A program made the position numbers and the translations under genes. Below, one piece after another: positions 26,912 through 35,707 of a stretch of 64,000 nt of DNA. The stretch is from a virus. Taxonomy: Duplodnaviria > Caudoviricetes. Below the pieces are notes generated by a model. The model was not told the DNA's origin, did not search any database, and was given only the letters and a program-made list of their open reading frames with translations. Each line of letters starts with the position of its first letter. Within the stretch, counting starts at the first letter, position 1. The stretch is from the IMG/VR virus record IMGVR_UViG_3300045976_000031, positions 413 through 64,412 of that record. One strand, 5' to 3'.

Positions 26912-27877
26912 TTATGGTGCGGTGACGTTGAATCCGAATTCGGATGTCGTGATTTTAGCTGGCGTGTCAGTCGGGACCGCCTCGAAGCAAACGTACTGCG
27001 TCTTCCAATCCGCGTCGACGGTGCGCGCGGCCGACCGATCATCCGCGTCGCCGCCGATGAAGACGCCCAGCTTCGCGTTCAGGTTCGGCGACTTGCGCGC
27101 CAGGACAACGACGCCGGTTGCGACCACGGCGTTCTCGCTGGCGAGCGGCTGAATCGACTTGAAGCGGTCCTCACTGCCGATGTTCGCCGACGCGACATAG
27201 TGGTCGAGCGGCTGCGGCGGATGGATCGAGAGGGTCTGCGCGTGCGAGCTATTCGTGTCGGTGTTGAACCATTCGACGTGCGCATCGCTAGTCGGGAACC
27301 TGGTCGTCACCGAGATCGGGCCGAGCCGCGTGTCGTCGCGCATGTACCAGTCGTCGTAAGTCTTCGCGGCGGTGTCGCTCGGGACCGGCGTGACGCCCGG
27401 CCGGTAGCTGACCGGATCAACCCATCCCAGGCCGACCTCGACTTCCTGCGCCGTGAACGCGTCGACGGCGAACTGCATTTCCTGTCGGCCGTTGATGTGG
27501 ACCGTCACCTGGCCCGCGCGCGTCAGCGACATCTCGAAGTAGTACCAGCGATTCTTCGTCGGCAGCGCGCCGCCCATCTGGTCGTTCACCATCGGCATGC
27601 CGTTGTCGGGATTCATCCACAGCACGAGCGTCGACGCCCCGATCTTCAGGCGCGCCACGGAACCGCGATCAGAGAATTGATGCGCGAAGCCGGTGCTGAA
27701 GTTTGCGGTCGTCCAGGGCACCTTCCGCGACAGCATTCCGTTCTGCGTCGAGATGCCGTTCGAGAAGCGCCCGGCCACCAGGGCAATCGAGCCGGTCGTG
27801 ATGTAGTCTGCGCGGGCCAGCGCGGAAGCCGGCGATTGCTCGCCAGCGAATTCCTCGAACCCGGTAATGTGGATCAT
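26912..27877 (-). CDS. tail protein, GFDxY paralog
   Basis: start MIHITGFEEF with GGAG RBS; RWYYFE...YDDWY...RLGPI. Confidence 0.75.
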   Translation of the reverse strand: MIHITGFEEFAGEQSPASALARADYITTGSIALVAGRFSNGISTQNGMLSRKVPWTTANFSTGFAHQFSDRGSVARLKIGASTLVLWMNPDNGMPMVNDQMGGALPTKNRWYYFEMSLTRAGQVTVHINGRQEMQFAVDAFTAQEVEVGLGWVDPVSYRPGVTPVPSDTAAKTYDDWYMRDDTRLGPISVTTRFPTSDAHVEWFNTDTNSSHAQTLSIHPPQPLDHYVASANIGSEDRFKSIQPLASENAVVATGVVVLARKSPNLNAKLGVFIGGDADDRSAARTVDADWKTQYVCFEAVPTDTPAKITTSEFGFNVTAP

Positions 27878-28611
27878 GTGGTAGCTCCGTTTCGGTTGAG
27901 TAGCATGCGGATCGTCGCGGCGTAATTCTCGAAGCCGGCAGGCGGATTGTCGGGCACGCGGATCGCGAACAAATCGCCGGCAGCATACACGACGTTCTGC
28001 GTCACATCGACCGTGCCCTTCACGTTCGACGGCGTGAACGTAATGCGGCCGACGATGCTGTCGTTGCGGTAAATCTCGAAGCGCACCAGGCCGATAGGCG
28101 GGACCACCGCGCGCGCCGTCGACTCGGGTGCGCCGGCCGGCAGCGTCATCGCCTCGGGCACGGCCAGCAGCGCCAGGTATTCCTCGGGTTCCGGCTCGAA
28201 CGACACCGACACTGCCACGTCGTAGCGCGAGCCGAGCGGCACCGGCTCCGCACCGCTGTTCTGGTCTTCGCCGATCCACTCTTCGCCGTTAAACCAAATC
28301 CAGCCTTCCGGGTTCTTCAGGCGCGCGCGCACGCCTTCGGTCGGCTCCGCGAAAATCCAGCCGGTCGGCGACAGCACGGCCAGGTCGCCGTCGTGCGTGG
28401 CCCAATCGCCGAACGCACCATCCGCGACGATGTACATGTCGCCCACGGTCAGGCCGGTCTGCGGCGGCGCGCCTTCGCTCATGGAGATGATGACCGGGTT
28501 CAGCAGCATGTCGATCTTGACGAAGTTCGCCGACACCGGATCGCCCCACCAGTCCTCGCCGCGCAGCCAGCCGTACGAGAGTTTCAGTCGCGATGATTCT
28601 TTCCTTGGCAT
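27874..28611 (-). CDS. DUF2793-domain tail protein
   Basis: start MPRKESS; PP...GDMYIVA..A.GDW..HDG..A...GW.F..P.EG motif. Confidence 0.75.
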   Translation of the reverse strand: MPRKESSRLKLSYGWLRGEDWWGDPVSANFVKIDMLLNPVIISMSEGAPPQTGLTVGDMYIVADGAFGDWATHDGDLAVLSPTGWIFAEPTEGVRARLKNPEGWIWFNGEEWIGEDQNSGAEPVPLGSRYDVAVSVSFEPEPEEYLALLAVPEAMTLPAGAPESTARAVVPPIGLVRFEIYRNDSIVGRITFTPSNVKGTVDVTQNVVYAAGDLFAIRVPDNPPAGFENYAATIRMLLNRNGATT

Positions 28612-28612
28612 T

Positions 28613-31063
28613 TCAATTCCCCTGGTTGTCTTTGTTGTAGGCGTCCCAATGACGATCCCAATTCGTATCCCAATGTCCGGCCAGTTGCGGGTTCGGGTCT
28701 TCCGGGTCCGGTTCCGGCTGCGGGTCGACCGGCGTGGGCCAGTCAGGCGGCAGATCGGGCGGTGGCGGTGGACCGCTGCCATCGTCGCCACCTCCGTCGT
28801 CGCCTGGAAGCTGCGGATCGCCGCCGCCAGTATTATCGCCGCCGCCCCCGCCTGGCGGTGGTGGATTGGATGGCGGTTGCGTGGTGCCATTGCCGCCGCC
28901 CGTATTCGGCGGAAGCTGGCCGCCGCCTGGTGTTTGACCGACCGGGCAGGAATACGACGGCAGCAGCAGCGGGATCACGTAGCCCTGCCACGACGTGAGA
29001 TCGTTGCGAATGGTTTCCAGGTACAGGCCGACCGTGACGCGGCCACACGCGTTCAGCAGCGAGCCGGCGCGGTAGCCATCCGACGATGCCATCGCCGCCG
29101 TGTAGTCGTAGCTGGTGCCTTCCACGATGTCGTTGCGGATCGTCGCCACGTAGGACTTCTTCGCGATGCTGTCGTACAGCGTCAGCTTGATCGAGAGGCG
29201 GTACTTCTGGCCGTCCTCTGGCACGCGATTCGGCGCATGGTGATCGACGGCCTGCGCGCCCTGCGTGTCGCGGTTGCGGTGGTTCCAGGTGATGTGCGCG
29301 GTGACGCCGGCCGCCATCTGCGCGCCCATGTACCACGGCTTGCCGTTCACCAGCACCTCACCTGGCGGGTAAGGCCGGGCCACGCGCTGCGCGGTATCCA
29401 GGCGGTCGGTCGGCACCAGCTTCAGGTCGACAGGCGGGCCGTACACGCCCGGCACCATCTTCACCTGCATCGCCGCGCCCAGCACGCGGTTCGCCGCCAT
29501 CGTCAGCGGATAGTCGGTCGGATCATTGCCGGCCGCCGCCTCGAAGAACCACACCCGCGCGCCGGCCGCGTGCTTCGTCGGCACGGTGTCGAACACGCCG
29601 CGCGCGATGGTGAACGTGTCGGCGGTGCGGCTTTCGATGCGCACCATCTCCGCGTCGACGAGCGCCACCTGGCCCGGCTGCACGTTGTCCAGGGCCACGC
29701 CGTCGTAGAAGGACGATCCGCCGATGGTGATGGTCGTGTCCAGGTAGTCGACGGTCGCGGCCAGGGTGATCCAGGGCGTGAACGCCGGGTCGACCTTGCG
29801 CTGGTATTCCAGCACCTCGCCGGTCCCGGCCGGGAAGTCGTAGCGGGTCCAGATCGAATGCGTGTCGGTGAGGCGGTCGCTCGGCCGCGCCACGACCGTG
29901 ACCAGCTTCGTCGCGCTCGACGACTCGCCGCGTCGCTTCAGCAGCGCATACGGTGCCTCGAACAGATTGCGGTTCAGCGAAGCCGGCAGGCTGGTCTTCT
30001 GGCCGGCGCTCTCGTGCAGGTTCGCCACGTACATCGCATTGGACGCCGGGATCGCGTTGTAGGCGTCGTCGAGCGGCTGTGCGACCACCTGCGCCGCCTG
30101 CGCGCCATAAACGCCGCTGGCGGGCGGATACGGGCCTCCGGTGTGCTCGATGTCGTCGACCTGGCCCACGATCTGCGCGGCCTGGCCGACCTTGATGAAA
30201 ATGCCCTGCGTGTTCACGCTGAACGGGATCGTGTAGCCCTGCCACGAGTCGAAGCCGTCGCGCGTCGAGTAGATCGTCATCAGGCCGTCTTCGACCGTGC
30301 CCTTTTCCAGCGCCACCGGAATCTGAAGGTCCGACATGGCCTGGCCCCAGGTGTACGTCCACGACGGCGGAACCAGGTTGCCGTACATGTCGCGCGGATC
30401 GGCCATGATGCCGACTTCGGTGCGCATCAACACGCCGTTCTTGTTGAAGATGCGGACGGTGTACGTCGTGCCAGGCTCGGGTCCGACGCTCGGGTCATCG
30501 TGGTCGAGAAGCTGGTCGGCCTGGATGATGCGGTCGCGGTGGTTCCAGGTCAGCGGCAGCAGCGGATCGTCGGCGGTCATGGTGTGCGGCACCCACCAGC
30601 GATCCCCGCGCACGCGCAGCGCGCCAGGCGGATACGGGCGGAACTGCCGCCAGTTGTACGTCACGGCGTCGACCTCGGACGCGGCCAGTGGCAGCTTGCC
30701 GCCGCCGATGGTGAACGGCGCGTACTTCACGGATGTCGTCTCGCCGGCACTGTGCTCGGCCAGGTCGCCGCCGATGCCCTGGATCGGGTTCAGGAACCAG
30801 ATCAGCGTCTCCTTCGCGTGGCGCGCCGGCACCGTGTCCGCGCAGCCGCGTTTCACCGCGATCTGGCCCGGCGCGATGGCCGTCACCTGCATGAACTCGT
30901 CGTCGCACAGCGCCGGCATGCCGACCTTCAGCGAGTCGATGCGCGGGAAGTTCGCGCGGCCTAGTTTGATGGTGCGGTCCAGGTAATCAATCGGCTCGGC
31001 CAATTCGGACAGCGGCGCGAACTGCGCGCTGCGGCCATCTGCTTTGTAGTCTTCGTTTGCCAT
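28613..31063 (-). CDS. tail tip module protein 2 (MANEDY paralog) with Pro/Gly tail
   Basis: 816 aa from the ATG at 31063; two RG..DTVP..H units; paralog of 31066..32889. Confidence 0.75.
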   Translation of the reverse strand: MANEDYKADGRSAQFAPLSELAEPIDYLDRTIKLGRANFPRIDSLKVGMPALCDDEFMQVTAIAPGQIAVKRGCADTVPARHAKETLIWFLNPIQGIGGDLAEHSAGETTSVKYAPFTIGGGKLPLAASEVDAVTYNWRQFRPYPPGALRVRGDRWWVPHTMTADDPLLPLTWNHRDRIIQADQLLDHDDPSVGPEPGTTYTVRIFNKNGVLMRTEVGIMADPRDMYGNLVPPSWTYTWGQAMSDLQIPVALEKGTVEDGLMTIYSTRDGFDSWQGYTIPFSVNTQGIFIKVGQAAQIVGQVDDIEHTGGPYPPASGVYGAQAAQVVAQPLDDAYNAIPASNAMYVANLHESAGQKTSLPASLNRNLFEAPYALLKRRGESSSATKLVTVVARPSDRLTDTHSIWTRYDFPAGTGEVLEYQRKVDPAFTPWITLAATVDYLDTTITIGGSSFYDGVALDNVQPGQVALVDAEMVRIESRTADTFTIARGVFDTVPTKHAAGARVWFFEAAAGNDPTDYPLTMAANRVLGAAMQVKMVPGVYGPPVDLKLVPTDRLDTAQRVARPYPPGEVLVNGKPWYMGAQMAAGVTAHITWNHRNRDTQGAQAVDHHAPNRVPEDGQKYRLSIKLTLYDSIAKKSYVATIRNDIVEGTSYDYTAAMASSDGYRAGSLLNACGRVTVGLYLETIRNDLTSWQGYVIPLLLPSYSCPVGQTPGGGQLPPNTGGGNGTTQPPSNPPPPGGGGGDNTGGGDPQLPGDDGGGDDGSGPPPPPDLPPDWPTPVDPQPEPDPEDPNPQLAGHWDTNWDRHWDAYNKDNQGN

Positions 31064-31065
31064 CG

Positions 31066-32889
31066 TCAGCACGGATAGGAGGGAACGCGGATCGGCACCA
31101 CGTAGGATTGCAGGGACCGCAGCGTGTTGATCTTCGCTTCGATGCGGCAGTAGATGACGACCGTACCGCACACGCCCAGCGCGCGGCCGGCGACCAGGCC
31201 ATCGGCTTGCGCGAGCGCGTACGGGTACATGTAGCCGGTCGCGGCCACGTCGACGTTGCGCAGGACGTTCTGCACGGCCGGCAGGCCCGAGTCGGCGGCC
31301 GGCGTCTCGTAGTAGAAGGTGAGCGCGACGACCTGGCTGTCTTCCGGCACCTGGTCAGGGTCAGCGTGCGCCACCGTGCCGCCGCCAGTCGTCAGGCGAT
31401 TCCGGCGCGCCCACGAGAAGGCGACGGCGCTGCCCGAGGTTGCCTGCGCTTCCTCGAACCAGGGCCGCCCATTGACGACGATGCGGCCAGGCGCGTACGG
31501 CAACTTCGCGCGACCGTTCAGCACCAGGGACAGCGACGGCAGCGTGTTGAGCGGATACGGCGTGCTGTAGCTGACCGGGCGCAGCTTGTAAGTCGGCATT
31601 GCGCCGTCAGTGCGCGGCGCAGGATCGAACGACGATGACGACTCGAAGAACCACAGCCGCGATCCAGCGATGTGCGCGGCCGGCACCGTGTCCAGGCATC
31701 CGCGTTTGACCGTGATCTGCTTCGCGTCGACGGCGACCACCTGGACGATCTCGGCGTCGATCAGCGCGAGTTGCCCGACCTGGACGCCGCGCAGCGCCAC
31801 GCCGTCGTACAGCGACGAGGTGCGCACGTTGACGATGGTTTCAAGTTCCGGCAGGCGGAAGTCCGACGTGACCCACGGCGTGAAGAACACCTGGCCCGAA
31901 CCGACCGGCGAGCCGTCGACGAACAGTTCGTACTTGTCGGCCATGCGGTCGCTCGGGCGCGCGGCAACGGCGAGCACATGATCGGTCGTCGGGTCGGCCA
32001 CCGCGTAGCGCACGTTCACCGCGTACGGCGTTTCGATGATCGCCTGCGAGAACTGCTGGACGTTCGCGGGCAGCGGCGCGCCGGCCGGGTGCACGTCGAC
32101 GGCCATGCTGTACCACTGCCACGCCTCGAAGCCGTCGCGGCTCGACGTGAGCGTGCAGATCGGCGTCAGAACCTCGCTCGGGTTGCCCAGGTCGTAGAGC
32201 GCCTGCACGCGTCGGTAGGTGAAGTCGGTGCCGACGATTCCTTCCTCGATCCGCGCGACCTGGTGCGTAATCGGATGGTACATGCGGAAGGTGTAGGTCA
32301 CGCCCGGCTCCGGGCCGATGCTTGCATCGTCGTGCCCGACAAGCTGGTCGGCCTGCAACACGCGGTCGCGGTGGAACCAGGTGACGTGCATGCCGTCGTT
32401 GCTGTCGTCGACCACGGACGTGACGTTGAAGCGCTGGCCGTCGACCATGACGTGCGCGGGCGGGTATGGGCGGAACACGCGCCAGTTGAACGTCACCTGG
32501 TCCGGTGGGATGCGCGCCGGGAGCATGCCGCCGCCGCCGATGGTGAATGGCGACGCCTTCACGCCCACCACCTCGCCGGCCGAGCGTTCCACGCGGTCGG
32601 TGCCGGTAGTCGACGAATCGAACAGCCACACTACGCTGTCGGCCGGCTGCGCGGCGGGCACGGTGTCGGCGCAGCCGCGACGCACGGTGAGCGTGGTGCC
32701 GTTGATCGCGTCGATGCGCATGATCTCGTCGCCGACCATCGCGGCCATGCCGACGTGCAGCGCATCGGGCCGGGCCAGGCGGGCGCGCGTGTAGGTGAAG
32801 CTGGTGTCGAACGGGCCGAGCGCCACGTCCAGCGCCACGGACGATGCGAATGCCCCGTTCCCTTTTTTGTTGTAGTCCTCGTTTGCCAT
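31066..32889 (-). CDS. tail tip module protein 1 (MANEDY paralog)
   Basis: 607 aa; two RGC.DTVP units. Confidence 0.75.
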   Translation of the reverse strand: MANEDYNKKGNGAFASSVALDVALGPFDTSFTYTRARLARPDALHVGMAAMVGDEIMRIDAINGTTLTVRRGCADTVPAAQPADSVVWLFDSSTTGTDRVERSAGEVVGVKASPFTIGGGGMLPARIPPDQVTFNWRVFRPYPPAHVMVDGQRFNVTSVVDDSNDGMHVTWFHRDRVLQADQLVGHDDASIGPEPGVTYTFRMYHPITHQVARIEEGIVGTDFTYRRVQALYDLGNPSEVLTPICTLTSSRDGFEAWQWYSMAVDVHPAGAPLPANVQQFSQAIIETPYAVNVRYAVADPTTDHVLAVAARPSDRMADKYELFVDGSPVGSGQVFFTPWVTSDFRLPELETIVNVRTSSLYDGVALRGVQVGQLALIDAEIVQVVAVDAKQITVKRGCLDTVPAAHIAGSRLWFFESSSSFDPAPRTDGAMPTYKLRPVSYSTPYPLNTLPSLSLVLNGRAKLPYAPGRIVVNGRPWFEEAQATSGSAVAFSWARRNRLTTGGGTVAHADPDQVPEDSQVVALTFYYETPAADSGLPAVQNVLRNVDVAATGYMYPYALAQADGLVAGRALGVCGTVVIYCRIEAKINTLRSLQSYVVPIRVPSYPC

Positions 32890-32890
32890 A

Positions 32891-34435
32891 TCAGGTGCCA
32901 GTGGTAGGTGGGAATTCGTCAGGTGTCGGCGCGCCGTCTTTCACGTACAGGTTGTACGCCAGGGACAGATCGCTCGGCTTCTCGACCACCGTGCCGATAT
33001 AGCCGGCATCGTTGGCGACGTACGCGAAGTCGGCGGGTGACATCGAGCCGGCCAGGATGAAGTACGGGACCTCGAACGCGCGGTGATTCAGCAGCACCGG
33101 GGCGTTGTCAGGCTTCACCGGGTTCGGCGGCTGCTGGCCGATGAACGATGCGGACGGCAGGCCGAACACGTCCTGCACGGCGGTGATCGTGATGGTCCCG
33201 TTCGTCAGCGTGCCGTCCTCGATCTTGCCGGCTCGGACCACGATGTCGCCGATCCCGCGCACGGTGTCCTGGATGCGGAAGACGCCGGCCGGTGGGATGC
33301 GCCAGGCGCGCCGGTCGAACGTGATGGTGAACTGGCGCAGGGCCATCGCGCTAAGTCGAAGTTCGCGCTGCGCCACGCGGCGGGCCAGTTCGGCGGTCGG
33401 CAATCCGCTGTACGTTTTCTTGATCGAGTTGAACACGCCGCGCGTGGCCTGAAGCGATGCGAGGTTCTGCGCGTTCACGGTACGCACCTCGTTGCTCACC
33501 GGGTCCGTGTATTCGACGATGACCTCGTTGACGGCCGGCCCGAGACTCGACACCGCGTTCTCTTTGATTTCCAGCACGCCGCTGTCTGTCGAGTAGACCG
33601 GGAGTGTCGCCACGTCGTAATCCTTTCGGATCAGCTTCAGGGTAATGAGCGACGTTTCGCGGTCGGCATAGATCGCTGCGCCGATGTGGTCGATCACGGA
33701 CTGCACGAACGAGTCGAGCGCATCGCGGCGCGCCCACTTGATGCACAAGCCGAATCCCTCGGCGGCCAGCGTGTCGGCGGCTGTCGTGAACGATGCCACG
33801 TTCAGCGACGACGCCGGCAGGCCACGGCCCCACTCGCGATTCGTGTAGCACTCGTACAGGATGTGCGCAGGGTTCATCGCGTGGATCGGCGGATACGTCA
33901 CGTTGGTCTGCACGTCGGTGTCGACCACCTGCCACTTCCACGGACTGCCCTGATTCTGAAGGACCGGCGTGCTGGTGGTCGTCGTCACCTTGTCGCCGTT
34001 CAGTTGGATCAGCGCCTTCTCGGGATACCAGGGCGCGTCGTCCTGCCAGCCCTTCGTCGTGCGGCGCACGCGGAAAGACCAGGCTTTCGGATACGGCGAG
34101 TTGCTGGCGATCTGGCCGTTGTAGAAGCCAGTGACCATGCGGCGAAAACCCGGCAGCGCGTGCCCGAGCATCTGGACCAGCGAGGCCACGGCCTTCTGCG
34201 TCGGCTCACCCATCATCAACTCGAACTTACCCTTGATGCCGCCTTCCTGGTTGTCGCCGCCGAACAGGTCCGGCTTGTCGATCATGAAGGAACCGGACGC
34301 ACTCTGTTCGCCTTCCCAGGCCACTTTGTCGCCCACCTTGATCGCGACGATGGAATTCACCGGGCCGCGACCCAGGCCCATGTGAATGCCGAAGCTGTAC
34401 TTCCACCCGGTAATCGGGTCACTATTCTTGCCCAT
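32891..34435 (-). CDS. central tail / tip attachment protein (gpJ-like), N-terminal part
   Basis: HMGLGRGPV, MNPAHILYE, EGFGL..W, LKLIR.DY motifs. Confidence 0.8.
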   Translation of the reverse strand: MGKNSDPITGWKYSFGIHMGLGRGPVNSIVAIKVGDKVAWEGEQSASGSFMIDKPDLFGGDNQEGGIKGKFELMMGEPTQKAVASLVQMLGHALPGFRRMVTGFYNGQIASNSPYPKAWSFRVRRTTKGWQDDAPWYPEKALIQLNGDKVTTTTSTPVLQNQGSPWKWQVVDTDVQTNVTYPPIHAMNPAHILYECYTNREWGRGLPASSLNVASFTTAADTLAAEGFGLCIKWARRDALDSFVQSVIDHIGAAIYADRETSLITLKLIRKDYDVATLPVYSTDSGVLEIKENAVSSLGPAVNEVIVEYTDPVSNEVRTVNAQNLASLQATRGVFNSIKKTYSGLPTAELARRVAQRELRLSAMALRQFTITFDRRAWRIPPAGVFRIQDTVRGIGDIVVRAGKIEDGTLTNGTITITAVQDVFGLPSASFIGQQPPNPVKPDNAPVLLNHRAFEVPYFILAGSMSPADFAYVANDAGYIGTVVEKPSDLSLAYNLYVKDGAPTPDEFPPTTGT

Positions 34436-34643
34436 TGCTCACCTCGTTCTTCTGCGCCTCTTCCTCGCGCGCCAGCTTGCACACCGTCAGCGCGAAGTGA
34501 TCGCCGGTCGCTTCGAGCACGTCGCACTCGATGCCGTGTTTGAGGAATTCGGTGTAATTGATGTTGTGACGTTCGGCCCATGCACGCGCACCTCTCATGC
34601 ACAGGCCGCTCGCGCGGATGTGACGCACGTACATGCGCGTCAT
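34422..34643 (-). CDS. small tail assembly protein
   Basis: C..GAR.W..RH...F.K.GI motif typical of this tip module. Confidence 0.75.
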   Translation of the reverse strand: MTRMYVRHIRASGLCMRGARAWAERHNINYTEFLKHGIECDVLEATGDHFALTVCKLAREEEAQKNEVSNGQE

Positions 34644-34876
34644 TTTTTGCTGCCGGCGTTGTGGATTTCTTCGACCTTATAGTTGCCGACCGCGAGGACC
34701 ATCCAGTCCTCCGTCCAGCAGTCGCCGAAGAATACTGCTTGCGGCGTTCCTTCATCGGCTTGCGGGAAGTCGATGTCCTCGAATGCGGTGGGTTGTGCGC
34801 CCTGCTGCTTCGGCATGGTGGCATAGCTAATCAAATAGCTCGCCACCATCATTGCGATCATCCAGTAGATGTTCAC
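34640..34876 (-). CDS. small tail assembly protein
   Basis: hydrophobic N-terminus; FPQADEGTPQAVFFGD motif. Confidence 0.75.
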   Translation of the reverse strand: MNIYWMIAMMVASYLISYATMPKQQGAQPTAFEDIDFPQADEGTPQAVFFGDCWTEDWMVLAVGNYKVEEIHNAGSKK

Positions 34877-34888
34877 GTTCGCTGTCCT

Positions 34889-35707
34889 TTAGAAGACAGG
34901 ATCACCATCGAACGGGGATTTACCGGGGAGGTCCGGCACCCCGCCGTAGTTATCCAGATTGTTGAATTTGTCGACGCAATCCTTCGTCGTGCGCGAGCAC
35001 CCCGGATACGCGTTGACGGCCAGGCCGTAGTATAGGCCATCGGCCAGTCCGAACATTTCGCACGTCGAGCCGGTCTGCTTCTCGATGGCGCGGAATTCCA
35101 GGCCACGAGACGGGTGCGTCCATTCGATGAAGCCGCCGTCGAACGTGCCGTCCGCGACGCCGTTGAGGCCGTTGAACGACACCAGGTTGTCCACGATGTC
35201 GACGACCACCAGCGGCTTCACATGCGCCATCTTGTCGGCCTTGCAGGTGAGTTCGTCGTACAGCGCGTACGGGCAATTGCGCTGCCAGCCGAGCCGCAGG
35301 CCGTCGCGCTGCATCGACGCGCTGATCGTGTCGCACGTCAGGATCGCGGTGCCAGGTTCCGGCTGGTTCACCTGGTACAACTCGCCCACGTAGCCGAGCA
35401 CCGCGTTCGCGTCACCCTCGTGGTAGTGGTAGATGCTGACCATGATGGATTGCGACGGCGGTGTGCCGAGGAACATCTGCGCGGGCGCGATGCTTGACGG
35501 TGCCGTGATTTCCAGGCTGTCGGTCGTGGCCTCGCCGCTGATCTTCACGCCGTTGTCGGAGATGGGCGATGCGATCCACCTGTAGCCGTTCAGCGTCACG
35601 TCGGCGTCGCTGGACGTGTAGCGCCAGGTTGCAGCGCCGAGCGTGAACGCGTACAGGAAAATCGGGCGGCCGTCTTCGTTGCTCGATTCGATGGTAGTGA
35701 AGGTCAT
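34889..35707 (-). CDS. DUF2163 / phiJL001 gp84-like tail hub protein
   Basis: CPYALYD..C and YPGC......C..KFNNL.NYGG.P motifs. Confidence 0.85.
   Translation of the reverse strand: MTFTTIESSNEDGRPIFLYAFTLGAATWRYTSSDADVTLNGYRWIASPISDNGVKISGEATTDSLEITAPSSIAPAQMFLGTPPSQSIMVSIYHYHEGDANAVLGYVGELYQVNQPEPGTAILTCDTISASMQRDGLRLGWQRNCPYALYDELTCKADKMAHVKPLVVVDIVDNLVSFNGLNGVADGTFDGGFIEWTHPSRGLEFRAIEKQTGSTCEMFGLADGLYYGLAVNAYPGCSRTTKDCVDKFNNLDNYGGVPDLPGKSPFDGDPVF

Noticed and set aside
32889-32896. Programmed +1 frameshift at ACC-TGA-T fusing the tail hub to the MANEDY module
   Set aside because: The sequence does not match known +1 sites (CUU-UGA, CCC-UGA/UAA), so it cannot be supported from sequence alone.
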